A stretch of DNA of 64,000 nt, from IMG/VR virus record IMGVR_UViG_3300020187_001966. One strand, 5' to 3'. Shown piece after piece: positions 47,383-55,874 of the stretch. Position numbers and translations under genes: made by a program. Within the stretch, counting starts at the first letter, position 1, and every line of letters starts with the position of its first letter. The stretch comes from a virus (Duplodnaviria; Caudoviricetes). Below the pieces are notes generated by a model. The model saw only the letters and a program-made list of their open reading frames with translations. It did no database searches and was not told the origin of the DNA.

Positions 47383-47823
47383 ATGAGTTTACGTGATCCC
47401 AAAATGGATATGCTAAAGGAGGGGTTATCTCTCCGGAAGGCAAGAAAGACTCGTTGCACGATTGATGGCTGTAACAACTTTTTAACAGCATACCAAGGAC
47501 CAGGTAGTGATACACTGTGTCGTGAACATCAGAAAAACTTATCTGATTACGGCGGTATGGCAACTACTAAAAAAGTATACAGCCACAGTCGTGAGACACA
47601 TTGTGAAAGTTGTGGTTACACACCATATAACGATGAACAGATTCAAGCAGTAGAAGATCTTAAAATGCGCAATCAGATTATTCGTTATGTATTGCATGTA
47701 GATCATATTGATGGCAATCATTTGAACAATGCGCCTGAAAACTTACAAACACTGTGCAGTCGTTGCCACAGTATTAAGACAGTTATTAATGGCGATACAC
47801 TGACACCACGTATAGCAGTATAA
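47383..47823 (+). CDS. HNH endonuclease with Cys-rich N-terminus
   Basis: CTIDGC, LCREH, CESCG, LHVDHIDGNHLNNAPENLQTLCSRCH. Confidence 0.85.
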   Translation: MSLRDPKMDMLKEGLSLRKARKTRCTIDGCNNFLTAYQGPGSDTLCREHQKNLSDYGGMATTKKVYSHSRETHCESCGYTPYNDEQIQAVEDLKMRNQIIRYVLHVDHIDGNHLNNAPENLQTLCSRCHSIKTVINGDTLTPRIAV

Positions 47824-47825
47824 AA

Positions 47826-47898
47826 TTATAAACTATTGAAAAGGCAGAAAACTTTTTTGCCTTTTCCTGTTGACACCAAGACGTTTTGGTGCTATATT
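47826..47898 (+). repeat. early-promoter module copy 3
   Basis: TTGACA 47870-47875, CCAAGACGTTTTGGTGC, TATATT; hairpin AGGCAGAAA/TTTTGCCT. Confidence 0.85.
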
Positions 47899-47924
47899 AT
47901 AATGGTAACAAAGAGGAAATTAAT

Positions 47925-48356
47925 ATGTTTGATCAAACTGTAAAATTTGAAGATGTAAGCGCAGAAACAATCGCAATGGAAGATGTTGTATTTACAGACG
48001 TAGATGCTGATACACTATCAATGGAGTATTGGAACGACATGCAAACTGAACTAGGATATGAGACTGTATGGTCCATGTGGGAGTTTTCAGATATTGACCA
48101 AAACATTTTCAACGAGGGTGTTAAGCGTATTTGCTATAGATTTTATGATCAAGCATCAACTGTTGAAGAACTACAAAACAACACTGCTAAAGAAATTGAA
48201 GTGAGCGCATTTGCTCCAAGTGGTAGTGTTCGTGATATATGGCGTGCTGCTGAGTCTTGTTACCAACAAGCAAAACAACTTGGTGATTGGCATGTCTTCA
48301 TTGAAGATTGTGAAGTTCGTGAAGATGGATCATATGAACTTTGGATGGGATCATGA
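47925..48356 (+). CDS. hypothetical early protein
   Basis: ATG 47925 after GAGGA; acidic. Confidence 0.65.
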   Translation: MFDQTVKFEDVSAETIAMEDVVFTDVDADTLSMEYWNDMQTELGYETVWSMWEFSDIDQNIFNEGVKRICYRFYDQASTVEELQNNTAKEIEVSAFAPSGSVRDIWRAAESCYQQAKQLGDWHVFIEDCEVREDGSYELWMGS

Positions 48357-48589
48357 AAATCCAAATCGACGGATTAAATGATAAGCAAGTCCAGATGCTA
48401 GATAAACTTTGGACTTGTGATACCACTGATGATGTGTTGGAATGGATGAACACACTCAGCAAAGAAGATTTTTTTATGGCAGTCACACTTCAGGAAATGA
48501 TACTTGACGAAATGCTAACAATGCCTGCTGAAGAAAACGTTAGCGATGCTCGTAAAATGTTATCAGATATTGGAATAAAATGTACATAA
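48353..48589 (+). CDS. hypothetical protein
   Basis: Coupled ORF. Confidence 0.6.
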   Translation: MKIQIDGLNDKQVQMLDKLWTCDTTDDVLEWMNTLSKEDFFMAVTLQEMILDEMLTMPAEENVSDARKMLSDIGIKCT

Positions 48590-48701
48590 TTACTGGCTTC
48601 TTTCCTGATAGAATAGTTCGCAAAGTCTTTAATGACATTTGTGACGCAATAGAGTATCGTGACGATTTAGATGCTCACTATATAAAGGTTCTATAGGAAA
48701 C

Positions 48702-49022
48702 ATGCTAGATGATCATGCCGCAGAAAAGTTTGCTGAAAACATAAACATGATGGTGCCTTGGTATCTCATGGCATCATATGCTTACTACAAAGAGGATGAT
48801 GCTATTTTGTCGGATGGCTTCTTTGACGAAATGGGCAAGACAATGTTGGCTGTTTGGGACGACATTGAACACTTCCACAAAGAACATATTAGTAAGGGCG
48901 ACTTAGAAGCAGGCACTTTCTTGGGCAAGTATCCAAGTCGTGTAGAAGGTGGTCTTAATAGTCTTAGAGAAACTTACTTTACTAAAGACGGAAAATTAAG
49001 AAAAAAACCGAAAAAAAAGTAA
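48702..49022 (+). CDS. protein resembling NAD-dependent DNA ligase domain Ia
   Basis: YAYY..DDAILSDGFFD resembles YY..D.P.ISD.EYD. Confidence 0.5.
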   Translation: MLDDHAAEKFAENINMMVPWYLMASYAYYKEDDAILSDGFFDEMGKTMLAVWDDIEHFHKEHISKGDLEAGTFLGKYPSRVEGGLNSLRETYFTKDGKLRKKPKKK

Positions 49023-49030
49023 ATTAGGGC

Positions 49031-49059
49031 TTGACAACCAAGACGTCTTACTGTATAGT
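49031..49059 (+). promoter_or_regulatory. sigma70 promoter containing perfect palindrome AAGACGTCTT
   Basis: TTGACA-ACCAAGACGTCTTACTG-TATAGT. Confidence 0.8.
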
Positions 49060-49097
49060 ATATGTATAAGTTAAGCAAATACGGAGTGAGAACCAAG

Positions 49098-49442
49098 ATG
49101 CAAAATGAAATTCAAAAACTAATCCAAAAAGCTAAAGAAGATTACACTAAGTTTGTAATGTCCGGTGGACGTGGTATGCCAGATCCAGATAGTTACTTTG
49201 GTAAAACACTTGCTAACTTTGAAAATAGTTTTGAGATCAAAGAAGGCAGCAAATATATTAAACTTGTCCGTGATGGTGGTGTTTGGGGCTTTATTGTTAA
49301 AACTGATAATGATAAACTGTTCCAAAAAGGTGATATTTTGAAAGCGGCTGGTTACAATACACCTGCTCGTAACAAAGCACGTGGTAACATTTTTGCTGAT
49401 TCATTCAGTGTTGCTTGGACTGGTCCACATTACTTGAACTAA
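49098..49442 (+). CDS. hypothetical early phage protein
   Basis: GSKYIKL...VWGF.V...GDILKAAG...PA.N.ARGNI...WTGPHYL. Confidence 0.7.
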   Translation: MQNEIQKLIQKAKEDYTKFVMSGGRGMPDPDSYFGKTLANFENSFEIKEGSKYIKLVRDGGVWGFIVKTDNDKLFQKGDILKAAGYNTPARNKARGNIFADSFSVAWTGPHYLN

Positions 49443-49845
49443 GGAGTCGCAAATGACACCAGTACTTTACATAATGACTGATTATATTAAATGCGAAGTT
49501 GATGCTAATGGTTCTAAGTTTTATTACTTAAATGATGAACTCCATCGTGAAGATGGACCAGCCATTGAGCATAGTAGTGGTAAGAAGTATTGGTGGTTAA
49601 ATGGTAAACGCTTAACAGAAGAAGAGTTTAATAAGCGTATGGTACCTACAGTAGAAATGACTATGGATATTATTGACTTGCCAACGCTGGAACAGCAAGT
49701 AAGCAACGACATTGCAACTGCACAGGTAACTGTTGCTGAATTTTGGCAATGGTTGCTGAACGATGAAAATCAACACAATCCAATGGAGTGTTTGTAATGT
49801 ATCAACGATATGAAGACTGGTCCACATTACTTGAACTAAGGAGTC
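49418..49845 (+). repeat. 31-bp perfect direct repeat (49418-49448, 49815-49845) flanking one gene
   Basis: GACTGGTCCACATTACTTGAACTAAGGAGTC twice. Confidence 0.92.
49453..49797 (+). CDS. LHREDGPA-repeat family protein, probably chimeric
   Basis: ELHREDGPAIE..SG.K.WWLNGK..TEEEF. Confidence 0.65.
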   Translation: MTPVLYIMTDYIKCEVDANGSKFYYLNDELHREDGPAIEHSSGKKYWWLNGKRLTEEEFNKRMVPTVEMTMDIIDLPTLEQQVSNDIATAQVTVAEFWQWLLNDENQHNPMECL

Positions 49846-49849
49846 TTAA

Positions 49850-50371
49850 ATGACTATTGTAGAGAAAGCATATACTTTTGCAACGGCGGCTCATGCTGCT
49901 GTTGGACAAAAGCGCAAGTATGATGGTGCTGACTATATTGTTCACCCTACTCGTGTTGCGAATCTTGTCAAACAATACGGCGGTACTGATACTATGATAG
50001 CCGCCGCATACTTACACGATGTTGTGGAGGACACAGATGTTACTATGGATGTTATCACTAGCCTGTTCGGCAGTATTGTTGCAAAATATGTTGATGATCT
50101 CACAGACGTCAGTAAGCCTGGCGATGGTAACCGTGAAGCACGTAAAACCATAGACAGGCAACACACCGCAAATGCGACAGCTGACTCGCAGTTCATAAAG
50201 TGTGCTGACATTATAGACAACGCATATGACATCGCTGATAACGATCCTAGTTTCTGGAGAGTTTACCGTCGTGAAATGTCACTGTTGTTGGACGAAATGG
50301 TTCGTGTTAAAGACACACCAATATACCTAGATGCTCGTTGGGCACTGGAAGAAAAACAGTTGACAGCATAG
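49850..50371 (+). CDS. HD domain protein, (p)ppGpp hydrolase (SpoT/Mesh1-like) type
   Basis: A..FA..AH..QKRK...YIVHP, AAYLHDVVEDT, IKCADIIDN. Confidence 0.85.
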   Translation: MTIVEKAYTFATAAHAAVGQKRKYDGADYIVHPTRVANLVKQYGGTDTMIAAAYLHDVVEDTDVTMDVITSLFGSIVAKYVDDLTDVSKPGDGNREARKTIDRQHTANATADSQFIKCADIIDNAYDIADNDPSFWRVYRREMSLLLDEMVRVKDTPIYLDARWALEEKQLTA

Positions 50372-50594
50372 CATTTATTTGTTATGCTGTTGATATTAAT
50401 TCAATTAAAAGGAAAATAAAATGTCTAACTATGTAGCAACGCTCGTAAAAACTGACTTTAATCAAGCTGGTCCATTAGAGACTAAGATTTATATAGAACA
50501 GAATGATTATAATTCTCGAGCACTTCTTGAGAATCAATATTCTGGATACAAAGTTGTATCAGTAACTGTTAATAATTAATAAAAGGAAAATAAA

Positions 50595-50777
50595 ATGACT
50601 GATGTAGTTTTTGATATTGAAACAATCCAAAATGTTCTTATCGCCTGGGAGGAAGGCGCATCAGACGAGAAGAGAATGGCTCGCCAATCACTTCGCAGTA
50701 TGCTTGTACGTAAGCAAGCAGAGCTAGATGAGTTCGAACGGAACGCACCTGGTTATCAAATTGAAATGGAAATGTAA
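50595..50777 (+). CDS. hypothetical protein
   Basis: AAAGGA RBS. Confidence 0.55.
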   Translation: MTDVVFDIETIQNVLIAWEEGASDEKRMARQSLRSMLVRKQAELDEFERNAPGYQIEMEM

Positions 50778-50788
50778 AGGAACCTCCC

Positions 50789-51064
50789 ATGCTAAATTTA
50801 ATTCGTAATCTATCAGATAATACTCGCATTTATGTATATGCGTTCAGCTATGTACTAGGATTTATGCTGTTTATTGGCACAATTACACTAGCAGTAGATG
50901 CTGTGAACACATATAGTTCAAATCCTGAGTTTATTATCTACGGCACACTAATTATTTGGTTTGCTTATATTGGTATTAGTATAGCAATCAGCAGTGCTAA
51001 ATCCAAAGTAAAGGCTGAAGCTCGTCGTGAACGTGATATTATTAATAAAATATCTGATGTATGA
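50789..51064 (+). CDS. small membrane protein
   Basis: Two TM helices. Confidence 0.6.
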   Translation: MLNLIRNLSDNTRIYVYAFSYVLGFMLFIGTITLAVDAVNTYSSNPEFIIYGTLIIWFAYIGISIAISSAKSKVKAEARRERDIINKISDV

Positions 51065-51330
51065 TCATTGATTGGTCCATAGATGAAGTAAAGGCTCATG
51101 TAGATAAAATCGCATGGGCCGAATCAGACCCACGTATGGATGGTTTTGTAACGTGGAGATGTAAAAAAGATTTATATGAACTATTATGGTATCTAGAAGA
51201 TAAACTAGAACGTTGTAGTACATATAGTACAGAGGAAGAAAACCTCATAAAAAATAGACGTGAACATAAAATTATCAACAAACTTGAAAGCAGCATCAAT
51301 AATGAAAATCCAGGATATCGACGGCGTTAA
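51061..51330 (+). CDS. hypothetical protein
   Basis: DPRMDGF..W.CKKDLY motif; coupled. Confidence 0.6.
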   Translation: MIIDWSIDEVKAHVDKIAWAESDPRMDGFVTWRCKKDLYELLWYLEDKLERCSTYSTEEENLIKNRREHKIINKLESSINNENPGYRRR

Positions 51331-51404
51331 AATTAGCGAGATTCTACAAAACTATAATCACCCAATGTTCGAGAGAGCATTTCAAATGATCGAGGAAGAG
51401 AACT

Positions 51405-51698
51405 TTGAAACAGACGGAAACACCAATCAACACACTACAACAACTGATGGCAATAACCGCCGAAGAGTGCGGAGAATTGACCCAAGTATGCATGAAGTAT
51501 TTGAGGCGTTACGAGAATATTGAACAGATTGATGACAAATATCGTCAAAAACTACTTGAAGAAGTAGGCGATGTTTACTGTATGATTGATTTGTTAATTG
51601 ATCATGGACTAGTTGGAGAAGCTGAAATCTACCAACGCAGTCAAATTAAACGTGAAAAACTTAAAACATGGAGTACCCTAATCAATGACACAGAATGA
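51405..51698 (+). CDS. MazG-like nucleotide pyrophosphohydrolase domain protein
   Basis: ITAEECGEL...LLEEVGDVYCMIDLL. Confidence 0.75.
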   Translation: MKQTETPINTLQQLMAITAEECGELTQVCMKYLRRYENIEQIDDKYRQKLLEEVGDVYCMIDLLIDHGLVGEAEIYQRSQIKREKLKTWSTLINDTE

Positions 51699-51870
51699 TG
51701 GACGTATCGGTTACCGAGAATTAATTAACTTTTTTAAGGAAAGCGCACGAAAGCTAGACGCAAATGGCGAAGAAGATTGTGCTTTCTACTTTGAACAAGT
51801 TAGTGAGTACCTAACTCGTAATCCACATAAAGGTTTACAAGAGAAACCCGAGCGTATTTTAGGACTTTAA
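51685..51870 (+). CDS. hypothetical protein
   Basis: Overlapping coupled ORF. Confidence 0.55.
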   Translation: MTQNDGRIGYRELINFFKESARKLDANGEEDCAFYFEQVSEYLTRNPHKGLQEKPERILGL

Positions 51871-51999
51871 TTTAAATTAATTTGAATTATTTTATAACCT
51901 GTTGTTTTCATTGAAAACATTTGTTCTGTTTTCTGTTGACATCTTGGTCTAGAACTGCTAGAACATGTATATAAGTTAGTTAAACAGAAAGATTACAAT

Positions 52000-52242
52000 A
52001 TGTCAAATTACGCAACATTACAAGAATCAATTAACACTGCAACTTTCGATTCAGATAACTGGAACGCTGATGGTAGCATTAACTGGAGTTTTGTTGACGC
52101 AGATGCGTTTGATGAGTGTAATAAATTGTTTGACGGCACAAAGGCTTTTTACGCCGCATTTGATGAAATTGTAAACGTTATAATTGCTGAAATGCGTGAA
52201 GAAGCTGAGTCAGAAGCACGTTTTGAAATGGCAACATCATAA
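52000..52242 (+). CDS. hypothetical early protein
   Basis: NWNADGSINWSFVDAD motif; downstream of TTGACA promoter near 51945. Confidence 0.65.
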   Translation: MSNYATLQESINTATFDSDNWNADGSINWSFVDADAFDECNKLFDGTKAFYAAFDEIVNVIIAEMREEAESEARFEMATS

Positions 52243-52523
52243 TGACTAAACGTGTTAATGACATGGATGTTTTTGAAAAGAGCATCCGAGACAATCCACA
52301 TCACTATAATGTAGTATTGTTTCAGCCAGTAACAAACAGTCGTATTGGCAAGAGCTTTGATACTATTAGTGAAGCAATTGAATATGGTACAAACATTGTA
52401 TCAGATGAAAATAAAGTTAGAGCCGCAATGGTTTATGCCATTGATAAAGATAATCACCACGCACTATGTGGTACAGTTAACCGTTTTAATAAAACATACA
52501 AAGAAGTGGAAGTAAGAATATGA
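52242..52523 (+). CDS. hypothetical protein
   Basis: Coupled ORF. Confidence 0.6.
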   Translation: MTKRVNDMDVFEKSIRDNPHHYNVVLFQPVTNSRIGKSFDTISEAIEYGTNIVSDENKVRAAMVYAIDKDNHHALCGTVNRFNKTYKEVEVRI

Positions 52524-52804
52524 TTGATGCAGCAGCAGTTGGACGTTACATGAGCGATTTGTCTTATAGAACAACAGAAAATCTTGAGCTAGCAAATATG
52601 CTAAGCCGTATATCAGATGAACTAGAAACATTTGGTACTACTGTCTTTGCTAAACGTTGGAACGATTTTACTCGTATTGAAAAGCAACTTATTATTCAAT
52701 GTAAGAAAACAATGGAAAATGAACAGGAGAAATGGAATGATATGGGACAAACTGGCCCTGTGCCAGAAACAGATAGTGGACGTCCTCGATGCACACTGCC
52801 ATGA
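52520..52804 (+). CDS. hypothetical protein
   Basis: Coupled ORF. Confidence 0.5.
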   Translation: MIDAAAVGRYMSDLSYRTTENLELANMLSRISDELETFGTTVFAKRWNDFTRIEKQLIIQCKKTMENEQEKWNDMGQTGPVPETDSGRPRCTLP

Positions 52805-53420
52805 AGATAATGAACCAGGGCTAGACTATTTTAATAGAGACGGCTGGGTAAACCGTGTATGGGCTAACGATAATATTCGTAGAGCCCATATTGACGTTGT
52901 AGATGCTAGAGAGAGTCGAGGACTTTGGATGATGCACGTATGTATATTTCCAGTCCTAAACAACGATGCTCCTATCTATGGCTTTGATGTTATTGCTGGT
53001 AAACGTAAGATAACTGGAGCGTTCCATGATTTCTCTCCTAGTAGTAATCGAGAGCATAATATGATACAAGGGTATTTTGACAGTGTTGATCACTTTGTAC
53101 CCAAAAAGCAACGTGAACTGCCTGAGTGGGCTCGTAATATCTTTACAAGTAAAATGCTTGCCGCTGGTAACGTTACTGATGAAGCTGAAGTAGATGAAAT
53201 TATTCGTATTGCTACAGATAATTTAACAGCATATTTAAGCGAGGTTGGCGAATATACAGCAGGCGAACGTGACCCAGCGGTAATTAAGGCACAAAACTAT
53301 TATTGTGATAATCAGAAGCTAAATCCACACACTGCTAATGTAATGAAGTCACTTGGATTGCCAGAAGAAGATGTAGAACTTTTTTGTAATAATATGCTTT
53401 TTCCTAAAATTAGCACTTGA
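52737..53420 (+). CDS. ferredoxin-dependent bilin reductase (PcyA/PcyX-like)
   Basis: RRAHIDVVD, MMHVCIFP, PIYGFDVI, AFHDFSP, RELPEWA.NIF, QNYYC..Q..NPHT. Confidence 0.85.
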   Translation: MIWDKLALCQKQIVDVLDAHCHEDNEPGLDYFNRDGWVNRVWANDNIRRAHIDVVDARESRGLWMMHVCIFPVLNNDAPIYGFDVIAGKRKITGAFHDFSPSSNREHNMIQGYFDSVDHFVPKKQRELPEWARNIFTSKMLAAGNVTDEAEVDEIIRIATDNLTAYLSEVGEYTAGERDPAVIKAQNYYCDNQKLNPHTANVMKSLGLPEEDVELFCNNMLFPKIST

Positions 53421-53445
53421 CAACCAAGGCGTCTTACTGTATAGT
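53417..53445 (+). promoter_or_regulatory. sigma70 promoter with palindromic spacer variant
   Basis: TTGACA-ACCAAGGCGTCTTACTG-TATAGT. Confidence 0.78.
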
Positions 53446-53477
53446 ATAAGAGTAAATTAAGAAGAAAGATTAATAAT

Positions 53478-54053
53478 ATGAATAAGAATATAGTACTAAC
53501 AGATATCGATGGTGTAATGCTTGATTGGGAGGCTGCGTTTCATGATTGGATGGAAAGCAAAGGCTTCCAACGTAATAGTATTGCTACGTATGACATGCAT
53601 GTTGTATATGGGCAAAAGCGTAACCATATCAAAGCATTGATCTCAGAGTTTAACAATAGTGCTTGGATGTGTTGCTTAAAGCCATTACGTGATGTACAAT
53701 ATGGTGTTGAGCAACTTGTTAAAGCAGGTTATCGTTTTGGAGCCATTACTAGTTTGAGCTTAGATCCTTATGCTAAGGAACTTCGTACACAGAACTTGGT
53801 TAACTTGTTTGGTGATGTATTCGACTTTGTTACATGTCTAGATACTGGAGCAGATAAAGACGAAGCTCTACTACCTTATAAAGATAGTGGACTGTTTTGG
53901 ATTGAAGACAAGCCTGAGAATGCCAAATTAGGTGCAGACCTTGGCTTAAAGAGTTTGTTGATACGACACGAACACAATGCTTGGTTCGATTATGACGGTG
54001 TTAAGAAAGTAGACACATGGGCTCAGGTGTATAATACTATTGTTAAATCTTAA
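53478..54053 (+). CDS. HAD-family 5'(3')-nucleotidase-like protein
   Basis: LTDIDGVMLDW, AITS, WIEDKPEN. Confidence 0.8.
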   Translation: MNKNIVLTDIDGVMLDWEAAFHDWMESKGFQRNSIATYDMHVVYGQKRNHIKALISEFNNSAWMCCLKPLRDVQYGVEQLVKAGYRFGAITSLSLDPYAKELRTQNLVNLFGDVFDFVTCLDTGADKDEALLPYKDSGLFWIEDKPENAKLGADLGLKSLLIRHEHNAWFDYDGVKKVDTWAQVYNTIVKS

Positions 54054-54779
54054 TTATTCGCCATAAATGTTTAGTACATCTACAACAGCAGGATGTCTTT
54101 CAACATCTTGTTTTGTAAAATGTACGCATTTGATTGTATTGTGTTTGTCGGTTAGTTTGGTTGTAAAGTCTTTTAGACCATTATTATCATATCCTCTATC
54201 ATGTTGTGCTAAGTCTCCTGTAACAACGATTTTAGAACCAGTACCAATACGTGTTAGTAACATTTTCATTTGTTCTGGTGTAGCATTTTGCATTTCGTCT
54301 GCTACAATCCAGCACTGTTTGAATGTTCTACCACGCATATAAGCTAGTGGGGCGATCTCGATCTCTTTGTTCTCGATCATCTTTTCCACTTGCTTTGGAT
54401 CCCAATGTTCTTCTAATACGTCGAATATTGGTCGTGTCCAGGGTGCCATCTTATCTTTAAGACTGCCGGGTAGGAACCCGTGTTGTTCGTCAACGCTTAC
54501 AGCAGGACGTGTGATTACTATTTTACTAATCTCACCCGACTCAAACTTCTGAATGCCCATTTGGACAGCCAGCATGGTTTTACCTGTTCCAGCAGGACCA
54601 GTTGCAAATGCTATTGGTGTTTGGGTGTCGTCTAATATCGCAATGTAATCTTCCTGATGTACATTACGTGGTAAAATAGTTATCTTCTTTTTGCGATATG
54701 TCTGTAGTTCTACAACCATATTGTTAAAATTTGCCTTGCTATTTTGTTTTCTCGCTCTTCTTGACATGTAGTGCTCCAT
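54054..54779 (-). CDS. phoH: PhoH family ATPase
   Basis: TGPAGTGKT, ITRPAV, GFLPG, PLAYMRGRTF, DEMQN, GDLAQHD. Confidence 0.95.
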   Translation of the reverse strand: MEHYMSRRARKQNSKANFNNMVVELQTYRKKKITILPRNVHQEDYIAILDDTQTPIAFATGPAGTGKTMLAVQMGIQKFESGEISKIVITRPAVSVDEQHGFLPGSLKDKMAPWTRPIFDVLEEHWDPKQVEKMIENKEIEIAPLAYMRGRTFKQCWIVADEMQNATPEQMKMLLTRIGTGSKIVVTGDLAQHDRGYDNNGLKDFTTKLTDKHNTIKCVHFTKQDVERHPAVVDVLNIYGE

Positions 54780-54843
54780 TGGTTAAAGCTGAGCCCAATG
54801 TGTCCACAAGAGTATTTATTAAAGGAGCATAAATAATACTAAG

Positions 54844-55386
54844 ATGAGTACAGATATTGAACAATTAAAGAATACCCTAGATGGTATTATAGATTCAACT
54901 AACAGCTTAAATGTGTTGATTGAATTCGAGGAAGTTTTGGATAATTTACATATGTACAGTTATAAGAACTGGGAATATGGTGAAGTAATAGCAGGACCAG
55001 ACGTAAGTAGATATTGGATTACAGTAACACTAATGTATCCAAAAAACTTAATGCCTGACCCTGATGCGGCATTAAGATTAATCAAACACGGAGCAAAAGT
55101 TTATTACAAAAAGGATGAACTTATTGAACCAGTTAAAATTACATCACCAGATGATCTTGGCGAAATAGATACTGACACAGGTAAACGTAAGCCAAAGAAA
55201 AAAACTACACCAATTTGGTTAGTGACAATTGAAATGCCACGTGACTTTGTTAGTGAGTTTGATAGTAGTAAAGTTACAATTAATGGCGTTGATATTGATA
55301 TGAGCGATGTTGATAGTGCTTATGACACTGATTACGATAATGACATTGCTCCTAATAAAGAAGATTTAACAGGTGGTTTAGAATGA
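54844..55386 (+). CDS. conserved hypothetical late protein
   Basis: YKNW..GEV..GP.V.RYW...MPDPDAA.RL; ATAAATA upstream. Confidence 0.7.
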   Translation: MSTDIEQLKNTLDGIIDSTNSLNVLIEFEEVLDNLHMYSYKNWEYGEVIAGPDVSRYWITVTLMYPKNLMPDPDAALRLIKHGAKVYYKKDELIEPVKITSPDDLGEIDTDTGKRKPKKKTTPIWLVTIEMPRDFVSEFDSSKVTINGVDIDMSDVDSAYDTDYDNDIAPNKEDLTGGLE

Positions 55387-55856
55387 CAGTAAAATATGGT
55401 GAAATGGAGAACTTAGTAACTCCAACAATTAGTATTGACCAGTATACTCCCAAGATTGGCGAATCAAATGAAACAGTTGTTGTTGCGTTTGAAGTTAAAT
55501 TTGAGCAACCAGCAAGAGATCTAAGTAACTTAATTGAAACTGACGTAACTGAACATCTAGATGTAGACGTTAGTGAAGGTCCAAACGGTCAAGGAAACAC
55601 AATGGTGTTTGTTGAATTTAATCGTGACTCAGGACTATATGAAAAAATTATGAATATTGTTAAAGTTGCTAGTCAAGTAACTGGTATTACAGAGTGGAAA
55701 TATAATTACTACAAAGGTGATAGCGCAATTGATTTAACAGAAGATAACTTATCTAGTACAGTGGTTAATAATTCAGAAAAATATGTACTAAAGTATCCTC
55801 CAGCACCAGAAATTGATGAGTCACTTGAAAGAGTTCGTAGCCTCGCCGGACTGTAA
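55383..55856 (+). CDS. hypothetical late protein
   Basis: Coupled acidic ORF. Confidence 0.65.
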   Translation: MTVKYGEMENLVTPTISIDQYTPKIGESNETVVVAFEVKFEQPARDLSNLIETDVTEHLDVDVSEGPNGQGNTMVFVEFNRDSGLYEKIMNIVKVASQVTGITEWKYNYYKGDSAIDLTEDNLSSTVVNNSEKYVLKYPPAPEIDESLERVRSLAGL

Positions 55857-55874
55857 CTGGAATAGGTATAAGTA

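Noticed and set aside
50405-50597. Repeated AAAAGGAAAATAAAATG at about 50407 and 50581
   Set aside because: Short AT-rich RBS-plus-start duplication between small early genes; no sign of a larger element.
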